Program-made: the position numbers and the translations under genes
Shown here: positions 10,873 through 21,509 of the stretch, in pieces
Position numbering within the stretch: position 1 is the stretch's first letter
How the letters are laid out: each line of letters begins with the position of its first letter
Notes under the pieces: generated by a model
Seen by the model: the letters and a program-made list of their open reading frames with translations, nothing else
Told to the model about the DNA's origin: nothing
Databases searched by the model: none
Assembly (NCBI RefSeq): GCF_001194135.2
Contig: NC_068984.1
Span: forward strand, 17,203,704-17,235,928
DNA length: 32,225 bases
DNA from: Octopus bimaculoides
Lineage: Eukaryota
Direction: 5' to 3'

Positions 10873-11277
10873 TATCATTATCATCATCATCATTATCATT
10901 ATCATCATCATCATTATCATTATCATATCAATGCTAATCATGTCACCCAGATATCAAAACCTNNNNNNNNNNNNNNNNNNNNNNNNNNNNNNNNNNNNNN
11001 NNNNNNNNNNNNNNNNNNNNNNNNNNNNNNNNNNNNNNNNNNNNNNNNNNNNNNNNNNNNNNNNNNNNNNNNNNNNNNNNNNNNNNNNNNNNNNNNNNNN
11101 NNNNNNNNNNNNNNNNNNNNNNNNNNNNNNNNNNNNNNNNNNNNNNNNNNNNNNNNNNNNNNNNNNNNNNNNNNNNNNNNNNNNNNNNNNNNNNNNNNNN
11201 NNNNNNNNNNNNNNNNNNNNNNNNNNNNNNNNNNNNNNNNNNNNNNNNNNNNNNNNNNNNNNNNNNNNNNNNNNNNN

Positions 11278-11354
11278 TCTTCTACTATAGCCTCAGGCTG
11301 ATCAAAGCCTTGTGAGTAGATTAGGTAGACGGAAACTGAAAGAAGCCCATCGTA

Positions 11355-11399
<45 letters not shown>

Positions 11400-11608
11400 T
11401 TGTGTGTCTGTGTTTGTCCCCCCCATCATCGCTTGACAACCGATGCTGGTGTGTTTAGGTCCCCGTAACTTAGCGGTTTGGCAAAAGAGACTGATAGAAT
11501 AAGTACTAGGCTTACAAAGAATAAGTCCTGGGGGTCAATTTGATTCGACTAAAGGCAGTGCTCCAGCATGGCCGCAGTCAAATGACTGAAACAAGTAAAA
11601 GAAAAAGA
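11278..11608 (+). mobile_element. SINE family A with internal (TA)n/(TG)n, 5' end in gap
   Basis: Colinear with 31350-31643 and continues to the GACTGAAACAAGTAAAAGA terminus. Confidence 0.87.
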
Positions 11609-11754
11609 ATAACAAAATCTTATATGACCCCAAGGGTCATGGGAGCCTTGGTTGAGAACCATTGGTCTAAACTATTTTCTCTTACAAATTAGCTGCATTT
11701 CAATTATATGCTTACTCTTCCTTACAGAAATTTTTCTTACATCTTTATTTTTAG

Positions 11755-11875
11755 CTTCCTCTGCAAAAGTACATAAATTTCCAAAACTTCAACCTCCTGA
11801 AAGTTATATTGGTTCTGCTCCATTGAACTTCATCGAAGACAAGCAAGTGATTTCTGCAGGAGGTGTATCGGTGCA
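11755..11875 (+). CDS. LACTB2: LACTB2 coding exon 3 (SSAKVHKFPKLQPPESYIGSAPLNFIEDKQVISAGGVSV)
   Basis: Acceptor TTTATTTTTAG|CT, donor CA|GTTAGT, 121 nt. The frame joins exons 2 and 4; this is the less conserved part of the protein. Confidence 0.88.
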
Positions 11876-12237
11876 GTTAGTATTTTCTGTTTAATTTCCC
11901 CTTTGTTTGTAAAAAAGAAAAACGAAAATAATTTTTATAATGTATCGTTATTCTTTGAACTGTTTTATATCCATGCATTTATATGTATTGCTATCTAATA
12001 TTTTGTTTATATGAGATATGTATCAAGAGAATTATCATTCGCTCTATTTCCTATTAGTTTCATGTATCATTCACAACAACAATGATATTTCTGCTATCCT
12101 TGTGTAGAAGCCTTATGTTTTAAGTTCTGAGATAGAGCAACAATCTTAACTCTTGATACAGATCAACCTGAGACTGCTCTTCGATTTATAATACTGAACC
12201 TTCCTTACTAATGTCATTATATTTAAATTAATTCAAG

Positions 12238-12512
12238 CGAGATCATTGCCAGTGCCGCCGAACTGGCTCCTGTGCAGGTGGCACGTCAAATACACCATTT
12301 TGAACGTGGCCGTTGCCAGTACCGCCTGACTGGCCTTCGCCCCGGTGGCACGTAAAAGCACCCACTACACTCTCGGAGTGGTTGGCATTAGGAAGGGCAT
12401 CCAGCTGTAGAAACTCTGCCAAATCAGATTGGAGCCTGGCGTAGCCATCTAATTTCACCAGTCCTCAGTCAAATCATCCAACCCATGCTAGCATGGAAAG
12501 CAGACGTTAAAC

Positions 12513-12544
<32 letters not shown>
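12238..12544 (+). mobile_element. RTE-LINE-type 3' end with a long (GAT)n tail
   Basis: Colinear with 9300-9585. Confidence 0.85.
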
Positions 12545-12545
<1 letters not shown>

Positions 12546-12835
12546 ATTATTATATTGTGTGAGAACTTTTTGTTATGTTCCAAACACATGGTTAATAACA
12601 GCAGCTACCATATTTGCTTGTATATAAGTCAGAATTTTGTGTAAGTTATACTCCTAATTTAGTGCTAAATCTTGGTACAAAATTTCTTCCCTTCATAGTT
12701 TTAGCTTTGTCCTATGCACAAGTTGTGTCCCAGTTCTTTCAGTTAAAATCAAATATAAAACAGTGTAACTTTTACACAAGTAAATACAGTTGTTATTTTA
12801 CTAAACATCTTCAAAATTATTATTTTAAAACTTTA

Positions 12836-13050
12836 TAAGGCAGTGAGCTGACGATCGTTAGCAAACTGGGCTACAATGCTTAAGAAGTATTTCATCTGCC
12901 TTTATGCTCTGAGTTCAAATTTCACTGAGGTCAACTTTGCTTTCATCCTTTTGGAATCGATAAAATAAGTACCAGTTTATCACTGGGGTCAATGTAATTA
13001 ACTTACCCCCTCCCCAAAATTGCTGGCCTTGTGCTAAAATTTGAAACCTA
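12836..13050 (+). mobile_element. SINE family D, diverged
   Basis: TAAGGCAGTGAGCTG...GAGTTCAAATTT...CATCCTTTTGGAATCGATAAAATAAGTACCAG...CTGGGGTC. Confidence 0.75.
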
Positions 13051-13490
13051 GTAATAATAATGGTTAGACACCAGCACTTCAAAAGGGAAAAAGGTTGACA
13101 ACATGTCTACTGGCTTAACACGGTTGGAAGGCAAGCAGTAAAATATCTGTTTTCTCTGTCTTACTCTTTCTTAGTCACTTACTCATATTTTGTTTTGTCT
13201 GTCCCTTTTTATGCTCCCTTCATGAAAATAATAGAATTAAAAAAAAAAATGACACCACTGTTCTTACTATAACTGAAAGTAAGTAGTAAAAAAATTTGCT
13301 TTCCTTTCCCAATGTTTCTGTTGACCACTTTATACTGAGAAATGAAAGAATATGAAATAAAAGTAAATATGACTACAATGAATCTTGTGAAATTTATCTA
13401 TAATCAATTATATATTACGCAAAAATTATTCATCGAGGAAAAATAGTAAGGCATACCAGTGCATGTGTTCCATACATAGAGTCTTCACCC

Positions 13491-13533
<43 letters not shown>

Positions 13534-14049
13534 NNNNNNNNNNNNNNNNNNNNNNNNNNNNNNNNNNNNNNNNNNNNNNNNNNNNNNNNNNNNNNNNNNN
13601 NNNNNNNNNNNNNNNNNNNNNNNNNNNNNNNNNNNNNNNNNNNNNNNNNNNNNNNNNNNNNNNNNNNNNNNNNNNNNNNNNNNNNNNNNNNNNNNNNNNN
13701 NNNNNNNNNNNNNNNNNNNNNNNNNNNNNNNNNNNNNNNNNNNNNNNNNNNNNNNNNNNNNNNNNNNNNNNNNNNNNNNNNNNNNNNNNNNNNNNNNNNN
13801 NNNNNNNNNNNNNNNNNNNNNNNNNNNNNNNNNNNNNNNNNNNNNNNNNNNNNNNNNNNNNNNNNNNNNNNNNNNNNNNNNNNNNNNNNNNNNNNNNNNN
13901 NNNNNNNNNNNNNNNNNNNNNNNNNNNNNNNNNNNNNNNNNNNNNNNNNNNNNNNNNNNNNNNNNNNNNNNNNNNNNNNNNNNNNNNNNNNNNNNNNNNN
14001 NNNNNNNNNNNNNNNNNNNNNNNNNNNNNNNNNNNNNNNNNNNNNNNTA

Positions 14050-14357
14050 TTGGCACTGGTGCCGGTGGCATGTGAACAAAACATTGGACTGACTCCTGTG
14101 CAGGTGGCAGGTAAAAAACATCATTTGAGTGTGGCCGTTGCCAGTACCGCCGGACTGGTCTTCGTGCTGGTGGCACGTAAAAAGCACCCACTACACTCTC
14201 GGAGTGGTTGGAGTTAGGAAGGGCATCCAGCTGTAGAAACTTTGCCAGATCAGATTGAAGTCTGGTGTAGTCATCTGGTTCGCCAGTCCCCAGTCAAATC
14301 GTCCAACCCATGCTAGCATGGAAAGCGGACGTTAAATGATAATGATGATGATGATGA
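14050..14357 (+). mobile_element. RTE-LINE-type 3' end (5' part in gap)
   Basis: Ends CCATGCTAGCATGGAAAGCGGACGTTAAATGATAATGATG. Confidence 0.85.
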
Positions 14358-14480
14358 TATATATATATATAAACTACAATTTTAACTACAATTAAACTAT
14401 GATCTTTTAATACAATGATCAACTTCTAATTGTTAATTGTTGCTCCATTTCTTTTCTTATTTATTTATCTGTCTGTCTGT

Positions 14481-14923
14481 TGTCGTTTAACGTCCACTTT
14501 CCATGCTGGCATGGGTTGGACAGTTTGACTGAGGGCTGGCAAGCCAGGAGGCTGCACCAGGCTCCAATCTGATCTGGCAATGTTTCTACAGCTGGATGCC
14601 CTTCCTGACACCAACCGCTCCGAGAGTGTAGTGGCTGCTTTTTACATGCCACTGATGGGCCCGGTTTCCTGGTTTCTATGGTGTATGTGTTCCCCCAGCT
14701 GGACGGGACACCAGTCCATCGCTGCGTTACTCAAGAAACAAGAAGAAAGAGTGAGAGAAAGTTGGGGCGAAAGAGTACAACAGGAGTCGCCACCACCACC
14801 TGCCAGAGCCTCGTGGAGCTTAGGTGTTTTCGCTCAATAAACACTCAATGCCTGATCTGGGAATCGAAACCGCGACCCTCCGATCGCGAGTCCGCTGCCC
14901 TAACCACTGGGCCATTGCGCCTC
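14481..14923 (-). mobile_element. RTE-type 3' end (about 14481-14655) abutting a tRNA SINE H1+Y (about 14664-14923)
   Basis: The RTE terminus GTTTAACGTCCACTTTCCATGCTGGCATGG is followed by a SINE colinear with 28008-28302, whose minus-strand B box is GGTTTCGATTCC. Confidence 0.82.
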
Positions 14924-15256
14924 CGATATATATATTGCTTAATGTCAAAAAAAAAGCTCTCACATTTTGTTCTCCCTCTATCAAGAATCTATCACTGGTT
15001 AAGATATGCAGACCGAATATGAACAGATAAGTTAAAATGTGTCATTGTCCTCAGATTTAATCTATACATTTTTGCTTCCCCACCCCATCCTCATTAACTT
15101 TAACTTAGCTTAATCTAATCTATTCTAATTTAAATCAATCTAATCTTATCTAATTTTGCTTGATTTGATTTAACCAAAGTCAATTTAATTTAATTTCATG
15201 TTTGTTTTGTATCCCCTCTCTCTGTCAACATCTTCATTAATGTTTGAAACCCTCGT

Positions 15257-15458
15257 TCATCATCATCGTTTAACGTCTGCCTTCCATGCTAGCATGGGTT
15301 GGACGATTTGACTGAGGACTGGTGAACCAGATGGCTACACCAGGCTCCAATCTGATCTGGCAGAGTTTCTACAGCTGGATGCCCTTCCTAATGCTAACCA
15401 CTCCGAGAGTGTAGTGGGTGCTTTTACGTGCCACCGGCACGAAGGCCAGTCAGGCGGT
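15257..15458 (-). mobile_element. RTE-LINE-type 3' end, short
   Basis: Same terminus as the 4321 copy. Confidence 0.85.
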
Positions 15459-15957
15459 AAAAAATTCAATTTAATTCAATTTAATTTAATTTAATTTTTG
15501 CTTGCCCCATATTTCCTCTTGTTCTTTAGTTATTGATGTTTGCTTATCACTTTAAAATTAATTTGCCCCATATTTCTTCGGTCAATGTTTGCTTATCATT
15601 TNNNNNNNNNNNNNNNNNNNNNNNNNNNNNNNNNNNNNNNNNNNNNNNNNNNNNNNNNNNNNNNNNNNNNNNNNNNNNNNNNNNNNNNNNNNNNNNNNNN
15701 NNNNNNNNNNNNNNNNNNNNNNNNNNNNNNNNNNNNNNNNNNNNNNNNNNNNNNNNNNNNNNNNNNNNNNNNNNNNNNNNNNNNNNNNNNNNNNNNNNNN
15801 NNNNNNNNNNNNNNNNNNNNNNNNNNNNNNNNNNNNNNNNNNNNNNNNNNNNNNNNNNNNNNNNNNNNNNNNNNNNNNNNNNNNNNNNNNNNNNNNNNNN
15901 NNNNNNNNNNNNNNNNNNNNNNNNNNNNNNNNNNNNNNNNNNNNNNNNNNNNNNNNC

Positions 15958-16022
15958 CTCCCCGCCACCCTTTCCAACCCCGCCACCCTTTCCAACCCCA
16001 CCACCCTTTCCAACCCCGCCAT
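15958..16022. repeat. 18-bp minisatellite CCCC(G/A)CCACCCTTTCCAA, about 3.5 visible units, running out of a gap
   Basis: Direct reading of the tandem units. Confidence 0.85.
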
Positions 16023-16371
16023 CAATAGGTTCTTTTGTACCAGAACCTTTTATGTCAACCCTTCCATTGTTCCTCCTCTCCTTGCAGTAATGTCACCCAT
16101 TTTTCTATAACACCAACTTAAACATGACCAAGCTGTACTTAGTTTTATTGCTTAGTTAATTAATTAGTCACTAACTATATATATCAAATTAACTACCCTT
16201 ATCCTACTTATTTACCTAACTTATTTACCTGCACCTATATTAGCATTATTTGCTTGCATTTGTACTAATACCAATATACAACACCCACCACCACTAGAGG
16301 TAACAATAGTTAATCAGTTAACCTATATATATATTTTATGGTGTCTGTATTAACACTTAACTAGGTCAACT

Positions 16372-16611
16372 TATCATCATCATCATCGTTTAATATCCGC
16401 CTTCCATGCTGGCATGGGTTGGATGATTTGACTGAGGACTGGTGAACCAGATGGCTGCACCAGGCTCCAATCTGATCTGGCAGAGTTTCTACAGCTGGAT
16501 GCCCTTCCTAATGCCAACCACTCTGAGAGTGTAGTGGGTGCTTTTACGTGCCACCGGCATGAAAGCCAGTCTGGCAGTACTGGCAACAGCCACGCTCAAA
16601 ATGGTGTATTT

Positions 16612-16615
<4 letters not shown>
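16372..16615 (-). mobile_element. RTE-LINE-type 3' end followed by (TA)n
   Basis: Same family as the 4321 copy. Confidence 0.85.
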
Positions 16616-16659
<44 letters not shown>

Positions 16660-16759
16660 GGTCAGGATTCCTGGCTTTCACNNNNNNNNNNTATATATAT
16701 ATATATATATATATTTTTGTACTTGTATCTGTACTAACATTGCTGTAATAATGCTGGTA

Positions 16760-17060
16760 TAGCACCCACGTCCAATGGAGTAGCAAGTGTAACTTGAATG
16801 ATGGTGTTGGCAAATGTCAGTTAGAACCTTCTTTTCAGATGCCGATAGCTACAGTTACCACTTCCATTGTTACCGCCTACCTTCCCACACATTCCCTCAG
16901 AGTTGGCACTGTCAGTGTAGGCACATTGAAAGATAGGTCTTCTGAGATTGTTGAGATGCTTGAAAGGAGATGTGTTGATGTATGCTGCATTCAAGAAGTA
17001 TGGTGGAATGGATCTTTATCCAGGTTCCTCATTGGCAAAAGACATTGGTATAAATCCAAC
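16760..17060 (+). mobile_element. RTE-clade LINE 5' fragment: start of the APE endonuclease
   Basis: LRVGTVSVGTLKDRSSEIVEMLERRCVDVCCIQEVWW...FLIGKRHWYK corresponds to RTE endonuclease motifs I-II (GTxNVGT, CxQE). Confidence 0.82.
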
Positions 17061-17739
17061 GATCACTATTGTGAGTGTTGTGGAGTTTAGTAACATCCTA
17101 CGATCACTGAGTAATTTCCCCAAAATCAGGGTTTTTATAACTGTTCATATCCGAATTCTAGGAACCATATTTTGTGAAAGATTTCTTTGACAAAAGTTTA
17201 GAATTCGTACATGGGCTGTACTTTCAACCAATGGGATTACGAAGAATTTTGGTTGTTCAGGCAAACAACAATTACGTCATATTGCTGCCTTTTATGACTT
17301 GCTACACTGTAAATATAAATATGTAAATTTATTGCTTATATCAGGAAATGTAAACATTGGCAAGAAAACTGATAAGCTGGTGCTTTTGAACAAAAATACC
17401 TCATGGTATTTGTTCTAAGTTGTATAGACCCTCCCTTGCTCTCTTTGGCCATTATAAATGAAGTGAACTAGTGATTGGTTCATTGGAAGCTGCAATGAAA
17501 AATAGTGTTGTTCACAAAACGTGATATTTAAACAAAACAAATAACTGTAAATAACTGCCATAGTCGAGTGAATGGTGGTAATTTGATATACTAAGATAAG
17601 TTTTGAATGTCATTAGAGTAGAGAGATTGGGAGACACAGTGGTAAAAGGCTAGAGTTATGAAAATCTAAATTATCTATTTTCTCTTGTGAAAATAGGACA
17701 CCAGAAAGATAGATTGATATTATAAATTCCTATTTGTAG

Positions 17740-17842
17740 AGCATTCCACACACCTGGACACACTGAAGACCATATAATACTTCAACTGAAAGAAGAGGGA
17801 GTGGTTTTTTCAGGAGATAATGTCCTTGGTGAAGGAACTACA
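17740..17842 (+). CDS. LACTB2: LACTB2 coding exon 4 ([34 protein letters not shown])
   Basis: Not in the ORF track because it is short. Acceptor TATTTGTAG|A, donor ACA|GTAAGT. Carries TPGH (H143) and SGD (D162). Confidence 0.95.
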
Positions 17843-18129
17843 GTAAGTAATGAATATATTATCATTTCTCCAACCTTTACTTACGAAAATCTAAGATTAG
17901 TATCATTGGCATTGTTCTTCTTGTTGTCATAGCCTTCGCTGCTGTTTCCATCATCGTCATTTTAATGTTCACTGTTCCATGCTTGCACTTCCTGTCACAC
18001 AACCCTCAATGTTTCTGCTTAGCCAGACATGTTTTCATGGATGACTGGATATGAATGACATTGTTTGTATGACATTGACACTTATTTTACAACTATAATG
18101 CAATGTCAAGACAGAGCAAGACACTTAAA

Positions 18130-18136
18130 CACGCGT

Positions 18137-18173
<37 letters not shown>

Positions 18174-18237
18174 CATGCATGCATGCATACATATTGCTCA
18201 TATAACAAGCTTCTTTTAATTTCTGTCTACTAAATCT

Positions 18238-18290
<53 letters not shown>

Positions 18291-18291
18291 A

Positions 18292-18322
<31 letters not shown>

Positions 18323-18560
18323 TGATAATAATACTAATAATAATCGTATCTATTATAGGCACGAGGGCCTGAAATTTTAGGAGACAGAACTAGTCAATTG
18401 CATTGATCCCAGAATTTCACTGGTACTTAATTTATTGACCCCAAAAGGATGAAAGGCAAAGTCGACCTTAGCAGAATTTGAACTCAGAATTTAACGAGGG
18501 GCAAAATACCGCTAGGCATTTCGTCCAGCATGCTAACGGCTTTGCCAGCTTGCTGTCTTA
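18130..18560. repeat. (CA)n and (ATGC)n at about 18130-18190, (AAT/GAT)n at about 18238-18345, then a minus-strand SINE family D at about 18350-18560
   Basis: Direct reading. The SINE contains GGATGAAAGGCAAAGTCGACC...AATTTGAACTCAG. Confidence 0.8.
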
Positions 18561-18807
18561 ATCATATCAATAATAACGAGCGCTCAGAGAGCACAAACCT
18601 CTGCCAAGGCAACACCCATGTCCTCTCAACAATTAGCCAGACATGTTTTTTGAAATGAGAATATCTGAAATAACTCGACTGCTCTCACAAACGAGAATAC
18701 TAAAAATGAACCTGATTGCTCTTAAACAGAAAAATAATCCAAATATATATATATTGTATGAGAGGTGAAGGGAGAGGAGATGAAATACTAATACAGTGAA
18801 GGAGAAG

Positions 18808-19450
18808 TCATCATCATCATCATCGTTTAATGTCCGCTTGGACGATTTTACTGAGGACTGGTGAACCGGATGGCTGCACCAGGCTCCAATCTGATCTGGC
18901 AGAGTTTCTACAGCTGGATGCCCTCCCTAACGCCAACCACTCTGAGAGTGTAGTGGGTGCTTTTACGTGCCACTGGCACAAGCGCCAGTCACGCGGTACT
19001 GGCAACGGCCACGCTCAAAATGGATTTTTTTTTTTACATGCCACCTGCACAGGAGCCAGTCTAGTGGCACTGGCAACGACCTCGCTCGAATGAATTTCTA
19101 ATGTTCCACCGGCACAAGTGCCAGTAGGGCGACGCTGGTAATGATCATGCTCAAATGGTGCTATTTACAGGCCACTAGCATGGAAGCCAGACAACTGCTC
19201 TGGCAATGATTACGCTCGGACAATGCTGTTAGTGCTCCACTGGCGCAGGTGCCAGTCATCGAATATGGTTCAATTATGATTTCAATTTCACTTGCCCCAA
19301 CAGGTCTTCGCAAGCAGAGTTTAGTGTCCAATGAAGGAGATGTTGGCATGGGTGCCAGTTGTTGAATTTGGTTCGATTTCGGTTTCAAATTCACTTGCTT
19401 CAACAGGTCTTCGCAAGCAGAGTTTAGTGTCCAATGAAGTAAAGATACAA
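18808..19450 (-). mobile_element. RTE-LINE-type 3' end, long copy with an internal tandem unit of about 110 bp and a deleted terminal palindrome
   Basis: ACAGGTCTTCGCAAGCAGAGTTTAGTGTCCAATGAAG occurs twice (about 19300 and 19404). The terminus reads GTCCGCTTGGACG. Confidence 0.85.
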
Positions 19451-19715
19451 GAGTAATAGCCATGACAGAGAGGGAGTGAGAGAAAGTAATGACGATGAGA
19501 AAGATGAAACGAAGTGGTAAAGAGAGTATTGTATGCATGAGAAAGGAAGGAGTGATAGATGAATAATGAAGGAAGGAATGAGAAACCTGATAAACGGCGT
19601 TTGAAGTGTGAGTATATGTGTGTGTAAAAGAGAGGTATGTTTGCATGTGTGTGTGTGTACAATTGAAATGGGATGGCAAAAGATTCATCACAAGCACATT
19701 TCTCATATGTTTCAG

Positions 19716-19940
19716 GTTATGGAAGACCTACATTCTTATATGAAATCACTGCAGGTTATCCTTGACTTAAAGCCGTCTGTTATTTTTCCTGGTCATGGTC
19801 CAGTGGTCTGTGAACCAATACCATTTGTAGAAAATTATATTCAACACAGACAAGAGCGAGAATCTCAAATATTAAACCATTTGAAAGAAAACCAAGGAAA
19901 TATGTTGACAGTTGAAGAAATTAGAGAGAAAGTGTATAAG
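19716..19940 (+). CDS. LACTB2: LACTB2 coding exon 5 (VMEDLHSYMKSL...IFPGHGPVV...REKVYK)
   Basis: Acceptor TTTCAG|GTT, donor AAG|GTAAGA, 225 nt. Carries PGHG (H197). Confidence 0.96.
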
Positions 19941-21025
19941 GTAAGAAATAATTCTGTCTTTCTACTATAGAAGCAGGACCTAAAACGTTGGGGAAAGAGG
20001 CTAGTTGATTACATTGAGCCCAGTGTTCAGCTGGTACTTATTTTATCGCCCCTGAAAGGATGAAAGTCAACCTTAGCAAGAAAGGATTATTAGGCCATGT
20101 GTGTGTTTGGAAGATAAATTAATATTGTTATGAATGGAAAAAATTATATTAATATAATTTCTCATTTGTATGATGTGAATTAGAATGCCACTCTCTGGTT
20201 TTGCAAGCAAAGACGAAAAGTAATTCTTTGTGGTTACGTGACTGTTTAAAGCTTAGGGGTATGATTTTGGTGTGCTTTTATGTTGTGGGTGATGTATAAA
20301 GACTACTATTGCCCACGTGGTGAGTGAGTTTGAGCTGGAAGTTCGTCGCAAGCGAGTTCGTGCTGGACGACGATGTGCAATGGGTGATGTGATGAAAGTC
20401 AACTTGGGCGTTTTTTTTATATAATAGCCGGTGCCATGCGGTCAATGTGTGAGATGGGGCCAGGCAAAAGTCGTGTGGAACAGTCGACACAGTATTTAGT
20501 ATCGAGTATGAAGCTAGTTTCGGTGGTTAATGTGAACGGTGGAAGGTTTTGAACTGGCTGCGAAAATAGTGAACTTGGCAACGTAAAGAAGGCGGAATGA
20601 TACTGTAAATTCGGAAGTAACACAAGTCCAGTCGAAGAAAATAGAAATAAATATATAGATAGAAAATAAATCATTAGACTGATAAATAAAAGAAGAGCTC
20701 ACCAAAGAAGTCTACACATTTCAGAGGTAAATGAAAGAACTCTCTAAAAACTCTCTAAAGATCTGTTTATTTATTCCATATATCTTATTGGCTTCTTAAT
20801 TAAAGTTCCTGTATTTTGGTTATACTCAACGGTTTTGTTTGTTATTTTCAATACTTCTGACTTCTTTGATTACTGCTTCTTCCACTCTAAGAAAGTCGGT
20901 TCGCTGAGCTCGCATACATGCTTCTGAGCTATCAGACACAGACTGTCGTGTTGTAGGTGAATTTTGGAGGCTGCGTGCGGCATAACAATATGAAGTTTTA
21001 ATGGAAGGTTTCAACTTAGATCACA

Positions 21026-21115
21026 TCTTGCTCAAGGACACAACACCTCACTGAGAATTGAACTCACAACCACACAGTTAGGAGGCATATACTCTAACCA
21101 CTAAACCATGCTTCC
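21026..21115 (-). mobile_element. tRNA-head SINE fragment (H2-like)
   Basis: CTTGCTCAAGGACACAAC...AATTGAACTCACAACC...CTAACCACTAAACCATG. Confidence 0.6.
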
Positions 21116-21415
21116 TCCTTGAGGATGATGATGATGATGACAATAATTACACTTCATGCATCTCTTACTGCCCAGTTCCTTTTCTGGTCCTTTGTAATTA
21201 GATATGAATTATGTCCCTTGTACTATTAATAACTTGGGATACTTCAGTTTATTTTTGGACTCCTGTCTTACTGTGAATATTTGTGATAAAGTATCTGGCT
21301 TAACGACTTTAAACTTACAATGTTTTTAATGATAGTTATAGTATCATATTTATTTATTAGACTTTTTAAAATATAATCTGGGAAGTTTTACTTCAACTAA
21401 TTTCTCTAATTTCAG

Positions 21416-21497
21416 GATCTTGCAGCCTCTCTGCATAAAGCTGCAGAGAACAACATAAACTTACACCTTGGAAAACTTTTGAAAGAAAACAAAATTA
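21416..21497 (+). CDS. LACTB2: LACTB2 coding exon 6 (DLAASLHKAAENNINLHLGKLLKENKI)
   Basis: Acceptor TTTCAG|GAT, donor A|GTAAGT, 82 nt. Matches the NxxxHLxKLxKExKI motif of the LACTB2 C-terminal domain. Confidence 0.93.
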
Positions 21498-21509
21498 GTA
21501 AGTAAACAT

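Larger units (their letters stand above)
9710..11664. mobile_element. hAT (Charlie/Buster-like) MITE split by nested insertions; native parts about 9710-9905 and 11610-11664
   Basis: TIR CAGTGGTTCTCAACC at 9710-9724 and GGTTGAGAACCATTG at 11650-11664 (14/15 match). The 8-bp flanks GTGTGAAT and GTCTAAAC share 5/8. Confidence 0.55.

Noticed and set aside
2933-16110. Long ORFs containing X runs (for example 2933-3676, 13426-14191, 15533-16110)
   Set aside because: They are artefacts of translating through N gaps.
18565-18750. Possible MITE or Helentron-like repeat (GAGCGCTCAGAGAGCACAAACCTCTGCC...)
   Set aside because: It looks familiar as an interspersed repeat, but it is single-copy here and I could not show termini or a TSD.
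8971-19940. Bacterial beta-lactamase or horizontal transfer
   Set aside because: The MBL motifs sit in a spliced 7-exon gene colinear with animal LACTB2, so this is an ordinary vertically inherited gene.
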